DNA of 61,134 nucleotides from a virus (Duplodnaviria > Caudoviricetes): the IMG/VR virus record IMGVR_UViG_3300007734_000737, positions 1 through 61,134 of that record, one strand, 5' to 3'. A program made the position numbers and the translations under genes. Position 1 is the first letter of the stretch. Each line of letters opens with the position of its first letter. Below, in pieces: positions 57,701-61,134 of this stretch. The notes under the pieces are model-generated. The model did not search any database. It was not told the origin of the DNA and saw only the letters and a program-made list of their open reading frames with translations.

Positions 57701-60444
57701 GTATTATTAAGGTTAGAGGTGGTTATAGAATGAATATCCCTATTCAGGGTAGTTATAAAAATATTAGTCATAGTAGTGGTGAAAGAGCAACAATACAACC
57801 CACCGCTCCTTGGTCTCCATTATCAAGTGCTAGTACTCAAAATTATGTTGATGGTTTAACTTGGATTGGAGGGATTCAACCAACTGTAGGTGGTAATGTT
57901 AATAATGAAACTGGATATGCTAATCAACAATTATATTTTAACTCATTTTCTTATTGTGATAATCAAAGGGAAACTTGGGCTTTTGTAACGGGTTATACTA
58001 ATGGTTTAACAGCTTCAACATGGACTCAAAAAACATCAAGATTTTCAGGGTTTAATTCAAATTTAATTAGTTATTATTCTAATTTAGATAATCGTTCATT
58101 AATTTTTAAACCAAATTGTAATAATATACAACCATTAAATGGAACTACTGTAACTAATGATGATAATCCACCTACTGAAATAGTCCCACCATTAAGTTTT
58201 GGTGCCGCTTCAAATAATATTTTTGGAATAGGGATAAGTAATAATAATGGTTTTACTAAACAATTTGGATATACTTATTTGGCATATTTTTCTCGAAATG
58301 GAAATTGGCCATATCAATATGTATTTCAAAATTCTTACTACCCATTTATGAGGGATGAGGGTTTTTATTCTATAAATGTAAGAAATGAAGGGTATATTCC
58401 TAAAGAAATTGTTGAGGGAAGTTCAATGTTACATATGAAAATTGATACAATGCCGGGTACTCAAAACACGACACCTTATCTTATTAATATAGACTTGGGT
58501 CCTAGTTCTTGGCCCTACCATTATCAAAATTCATTTGTTAGTCTTTGGTATGGGCAACGGGCTAAAATTGAAACATATTATTACTCACCAATTTATAATA
58601 CAACGGGTAATACAATGAATTTCACTTTAGGTAGTGTGGGACCTTATGTATTTACAAATCAAGGACCGATGACAAATAACCAAATTGTTATGAGGGGTGA
58701 TAGATTACCTACAGGAACAGATGTTGAAGAGTATTGCTGTAATGGTCGTGTTTTACAAAAAAATCGTTTATTAACTATGTATTTAATTCCTGAAACAGGG
58801 ATAATTGGAATAAATTCTACTGCTGGTTCAACAGGAGGACAAGGTAATGGGTCATTAGATTATGTTAGGGAAGATTTGGCTCGGTCTCCAAACATAAATC
58901 AAGTTCTGAATACATTTACTTGTGAAGGTTCAGTTAATTTGGAGTGTTATGGGTGTGATAACTCAAATACAATAAATCGTAGTATATTATTAAAACAAAG
59001 AGGCGACCCTTGTTTAGAATATAATGGAGAAACTATATTTGAATATGGTTGTTATATTTTTATTACTACAGTTTTTGTATCTTTATTTAGAGACTGGGTG
59101 TTAATGTTTGAATTTATTGCTAGAAATATGGTAATGTTGGGTGCTTGTCGGAACGTGTTTTCACATAGATTTAATAATAATTGGGTGAATGGTACATTAT
59201 ATGCTTTCCCATTTAAAAATGAGGTTCAATATTTTACAGCACCAACAGATAATCCACCTAATTATCCGGTGTCTCGTTATTGTTTTGATAATATTATTTA
59301 TCACAATCCATCTAGAAGTTTTTATTATAGATGTTCACCATATGACCCTGGCTCGGGAAAATTTAGTAATGAATTAAGGTATCCTACTACTATGATGGAT
59401 TTAGGACCTCGTTCAGCGTTTTTACAAGAGTTGGTAATGTCAGACGAATATGATGGTTATTTGGTTAATAAGTTAGATAGTACAACATTTTCTCATGTTG
59501 ATGAAATTCTTAATTTATTTATTGTAAGTAGATTTATGAATAATACTTTTTTACAGAATCTATTAGGAGGTCTTAATATTTTTGCATATTTTCAAAATAG
59601 CCGAAAAGATACTAAGTGGTTGGTTGATGCTGATTATTCTCAAGTAATTTCTATTAGTTCTGAATTGGGTGTTTCACCGTTTCAAGCGTCTAATTATCCT
59701 GATTCGCCAACTTTAGTGGGGGCTAATGAAATGGCTGTTGGTATTAGTTATAAAATTGAAACACCTGGAACAACTAACTTTACATTGATAGGGTTTCCTA
59801 ATAATGCTTCAGGAACAAAATTTGTGCCAACAACAACATTTGCGACTTTAGGTGTTCCTGCGGGTAATGGAACGGCAAGGGTAGACCCTCAAATTCAAAA
59901 CCCAATTTTCTTTGATTGTGATAATGCTTTTGGAATATTCTTTTCATCTGATACTCAACTTAGAGATTATTTAACACCAAAAAGAACAATTATAAATCCG
60001 GTTGGAACAACCGCAAGTAATTGTACGTTTAGTAATTTTGCGGTTTATTCTCAAAAAGTTCCATTATCTCAATGGAAAATAGATGGTGGAACTAGTATTT
60101 TTGGAGGTGAGTCAAATGATTGGGATTATTCTAATATTTATTCGTCAAAATATCAATCTTTAGATAGGTTATTACCGGCTTCAAGATATTTTAGAACACA
60201 AAACCCGTCTCAAAATAACTTTCAAAAAGGTTATATATATGCGGTTACCGACGGTAATAGTTTACCGGCTCGTCAAAATAATTCAATTAGTGGTGATATT
60301 ATTTATTGGCAACAAAATAATCCTGACGTTAATTCAATCACTGTTGGGGCACCGTTTCATTTTTATTTTGGATTAAAGGCTGGTTCATCGGCATTTGATA
60401 GATTTAGAATGAAATGGATAAACACAAGTAATGTAGTAAATTAA
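54745..60444 (+). CDS. Very large putative virion protein (1899 aa) with internal multi-pass hydrophobic segment
   Basis: GRVSVNNGFGIPNAKVSIF...TNQSGDYMIFGVPVG beta-sandwich-like N-terminus; long hydrophobic tract at about 56176-56460; located among baseplate genes. Confidence 0.55.
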   Translation: MSKSYRVRTKVGVDTSLKVLIEQEFEHLEILSLKILQSDIYTRQCADYGVIIGRVSVNNGFGIPNAKVSIFIPIDSKDQRNPIISELYPYKSLQDNNDDGYRYNLLPYVKSYSAHVPTGTFFTRTDVLTNPVLIEVYDKYYKYNAVTNQSGDYMIFGVPVGSHTIVMDVDLSDIGEFSLSPQDLIRMGLATEAQVSGTNFKSSNNLRELPQIINLSKSIEVEPLWGQPEICNLGITRTDFDLSSEAKIDIRPTSVFMGSIISDTDGNALKSSCKPTNDSGHLCSLIAGPGEILSIRQTIRQDANGLPILENFSLEAGGKVIDENGTWLIDVPMNLDYYTTNEFGEQVISNDPEVGIPTKAKYRFKVKWAQSSSLSEVTKRAHFLVPNIREYAGNLDDSYAFSVDWNDYGSTQMIQDAINCEDKFYLMQYNKVYTVSEFIYNHTYGSGTERYIGIKNILEPACESTNNKFPTNDANFRFDILYIIFMFFSIILTPVFWALILIMHILYFVVIILRKYVIYGLMTWIGYMILNEFILIVGSIPYALGQIAGHIGMIIVYGIFLALLNWILNELNKLDLKGIKVPILTYPDCGMCDCKQGDPVNENANGDGPPRDEPPKLSPCATIISDKTPINSLSRGGSIVQLSTFAAFKVPTYNYEFSPNGFVSLQKVIFTNNFAGYTYDGQFGSATIGAPYLQSEVTTTGDGGNTSSKNWDWFTNGLPIADRINLFNVKAKYFDGSSNNPGGGVNRISVNFEPILPNVHYDNTIVLLCDKASLTKFVAGEMITFQNPTYSKDPNLTKGIKNKFGNRAVTGTTFTGQTKVQLNYANPNGNGNIPTPNYNVNLFAGQYSAKTTTNFHKFPIDIEYFQVITGMTYNQFNSKCVNQLQNSLNVKYFRNKTTFYQLYNNENGLPANASDNGTIGYINGILTFPPPLGTVPSGVVSLDSMQYVANSGETCVVILNRGVDPYSSKIDIEYGLGKLFGYNSESIIKVRGGYRMNIPIQGSYKNISHSSGERATIQPTAPWSPLSSASTQNYVDGLTWIGGIQPTVGGNVNNETGYANQQLYFNSFSYCDNQRETWAFVTGYTNGLTASTWTQKTSRFSGFNSNLISYYSNLDNRSLIFKPNCNNIQPLNGTTVTNDDNPPTEIVPPLSFGAASNNIFGIGISNNNGFTKQFGYTYLAYFSRNGNWPYQYVFQNSYYPFMRDEGFYSINVRNEGYIPKEIVEGSSMLHMKIDTMPGTQNTTPYLINIDLGPSSWPYHYQNSFVSLWYGQRAKIETYYYSPIYNTTGNTMNFTLGSVGPYVFTNQGPMTNNQIVMRGDRLPTGTDVEEYCCNGRVLQKNRLLTMYLIPETGIIGINSTAGSTGGQGNGSLDYVREDLARSPNINQVLNTFTCEGSVNLECYGCDNSNTINRSILLKQRGDPCLEYNGETIFEYGCYIFITTVFVSLFRDWVLMFEFIARNMVMLGACRNVFSHRFNNNWVNGTLYAFPFKNEVQYFTAPTDNPPNYPVSRYCFDNIIYHNPSRSFYYRCSPYDPGSGKFSNELRYPTTMMDLGPRSAFLQELVMSDEYDGYLVNKLDSTTFSHVDEILNLFIVSRFMNNTFLQNLLGGLNIFAYFQNSRKDTKWLVDADYSQVISISSELGVSPFQASNYPDSPTLVGANEMAVGISYKIETPGTTNFTLIGFPNNASGTKFVPTTTFATLGVPAGNGTARVDPQIQNPIFFDCDNAFGIFFSSDTQLRDYLTPKRTIINPVGTTASNCTFSNFAVYSQKVPLSQWKIDGGTSIFGGESNDWDYSNIYSSKYQSLDRLLPASRYFRTQNPSQNNFQKGYIYAVTDGNSLPARQNNSISGDIIYWQQNNPDVNSITVGAPFHFYFGLKAGSSAFDRFRMKWINTSNVVN

Positions 60445-60445
60445 G

Positions 60446-61134
60446 ATGGATGATATTAGAATAGTATTAGGCTCGTTAAGATATAAAACTGCGACAAACA
60501 CTGATTTATCAATACCGACACCATTAGTTCAAAATTCAAAAAATTTACAAGAATTTGATAGAAGTGTTGATGTTAATTTGGCTCAAGTTTTTGATGATGA
60601 AAGACAAAAATCTACAACATTTAGACCTGTTTGTAAGTTTCAACTATTGTTTAATAATTCTTATACTGGCTCAACAAATTATCCACCATTAGAGAACAAT
60701 TTATATTATATTAATGAAACTACCTTAACAATAGACCAATGTACTCTTAATCCAGATTCGGTATATTGGGAAGGATTTCCTCAGTACGATGAATTTGATT
60801 TTATTAGAAGTGATTATAATGTTTCAGGATATACTGTTCCAATACCATCAACAATTCCTGGTGGAATATCTTCTGTTCATATAGATTTTGTGGCAAAAAG
60901 TGCTTCTACATATAATTGGAATCATTTTGTTAGTTATCCATATAAAAATGTTAACAAGGTTATGACTTTTTATGATGCGGTAGGTACTAACACACCTTCG
61001 TTAACTTGGAATGCTGTAGATGGAATTCCATTTTTTGTTAAAATTGATGATAGTACCGTGGCTAGTATTGCTAATAATATAACACCAAATCCTTTGTTAG
61101 AAGGTGGTAATCATATTATTCAATTTAAATGTCC
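60446..61134 (+). CDS. Partial ORF (runs off the window), putative structural protein
   Basis: MDDIRIVLGSLRYKTATNTDLSIPTPLVQNSKNLQEFDRSVDVNLAQVFDDERQKSTTFRP...; starts 1 nt after the previous stop. Confidence 0.7.
   Translation, partial: MDDIRIVLGSLRYKTATNTDLSIPTPLVQNSKNLQEFDRSVDVNLAQVFDDERQKSTTFRPVCKFQLLFNNSYTGSTNYPPLENNLYYINETTLTIDQCTLNPDSVYWEGFPQYDEFDFIRSDYNVSGYTVPIPSTIPGGISSVHIDFVAKSASTYNWNHFVSYPYKNVNKVMTFYDAVGTNTPSLTWNAVDGIPFFVKIDDSTVASIANNITPNPLLEGGNHIIQFKC

Noticed and set aside
1996-59377. Numerous 60-140 aa overlapping or antisense ORFs in the track (e.g. 4899, 6529, 10580, 13310, 23429, 27130, 56678)
   Set aside because: They lie inside well-supported genes, show shadow-frame composition and carry no recognisable motifs.
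1-61134. Alternative genetic code (stop-codon reassignment)
   Set aside because: The standard code gives long, densely packed ORFs, and TAA, TAG and TGA all serve as stops (e.g. TAG at 43199-43201, TGA at 53724-53726).
1-61134. Giant virus (NCLDV) or eukaryotic origin suggested by eukaryote-like RNR, SNF2 and mucin-like proteins
   Set aside because: Sheath, tube, gp25, gp6, neck genes, gp32-like SSB and intrinsic terminators identify a tailed bacteriophage.
1-61134. tRNA or rRNA genes
   Set aside because: Intergenic spaces are short and no cloverleaf or T-loop (GTTCRA) context was found by eye.

Overview
A 61-kb, AT-rich, gene-dense fragment of a large contractile-tailed (T4-like, myovirus-type) dsDNA phage. 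The host is probably Bacteroidota, inferred from A-rich leaders without Shine-Dalgarno sites, a eukaryote/Bacteroidota-type class Ia RNR and a Bacteroidota-style Ig domain. Order: glycosyltransferase cluster; RHH+HNH cassette; two Pro/Thr-rich (mucin-like) Cys-rich putative virion proteins, a trypsin-like protease and a PEBP-domain fusion; family B DNA polymerase; neck, PD-(D/E)xK-like and SNF2 genes on the minus strand; neck/tail terminator, sheath, HAD protein, tube, tail chaperone with a candidate +1 frameshift, tape measure, large baseplate/hub proteins; SSB, RecA/UvsX, HNH, 5'-3' exonuclease, DnaB-like helicase, nrdB/nrdA; gp25, gp6, a membrane-anchored alpha/beta hydrolase and large putative virion proteins. 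Leading hypotheses: (i) a phage-encoded glycosylated mucin-like virion coat with a new six-Cys module and a protease/PEBP pair; (ii) a UUU_CGU +1 frameshift in the tail chaperone; (iii) a sense-strand TATTTAT promoter motif; (iv) head-targeting leaders on enzymatic cargo. All calls come from motif recognition by eye; no database searches were run.
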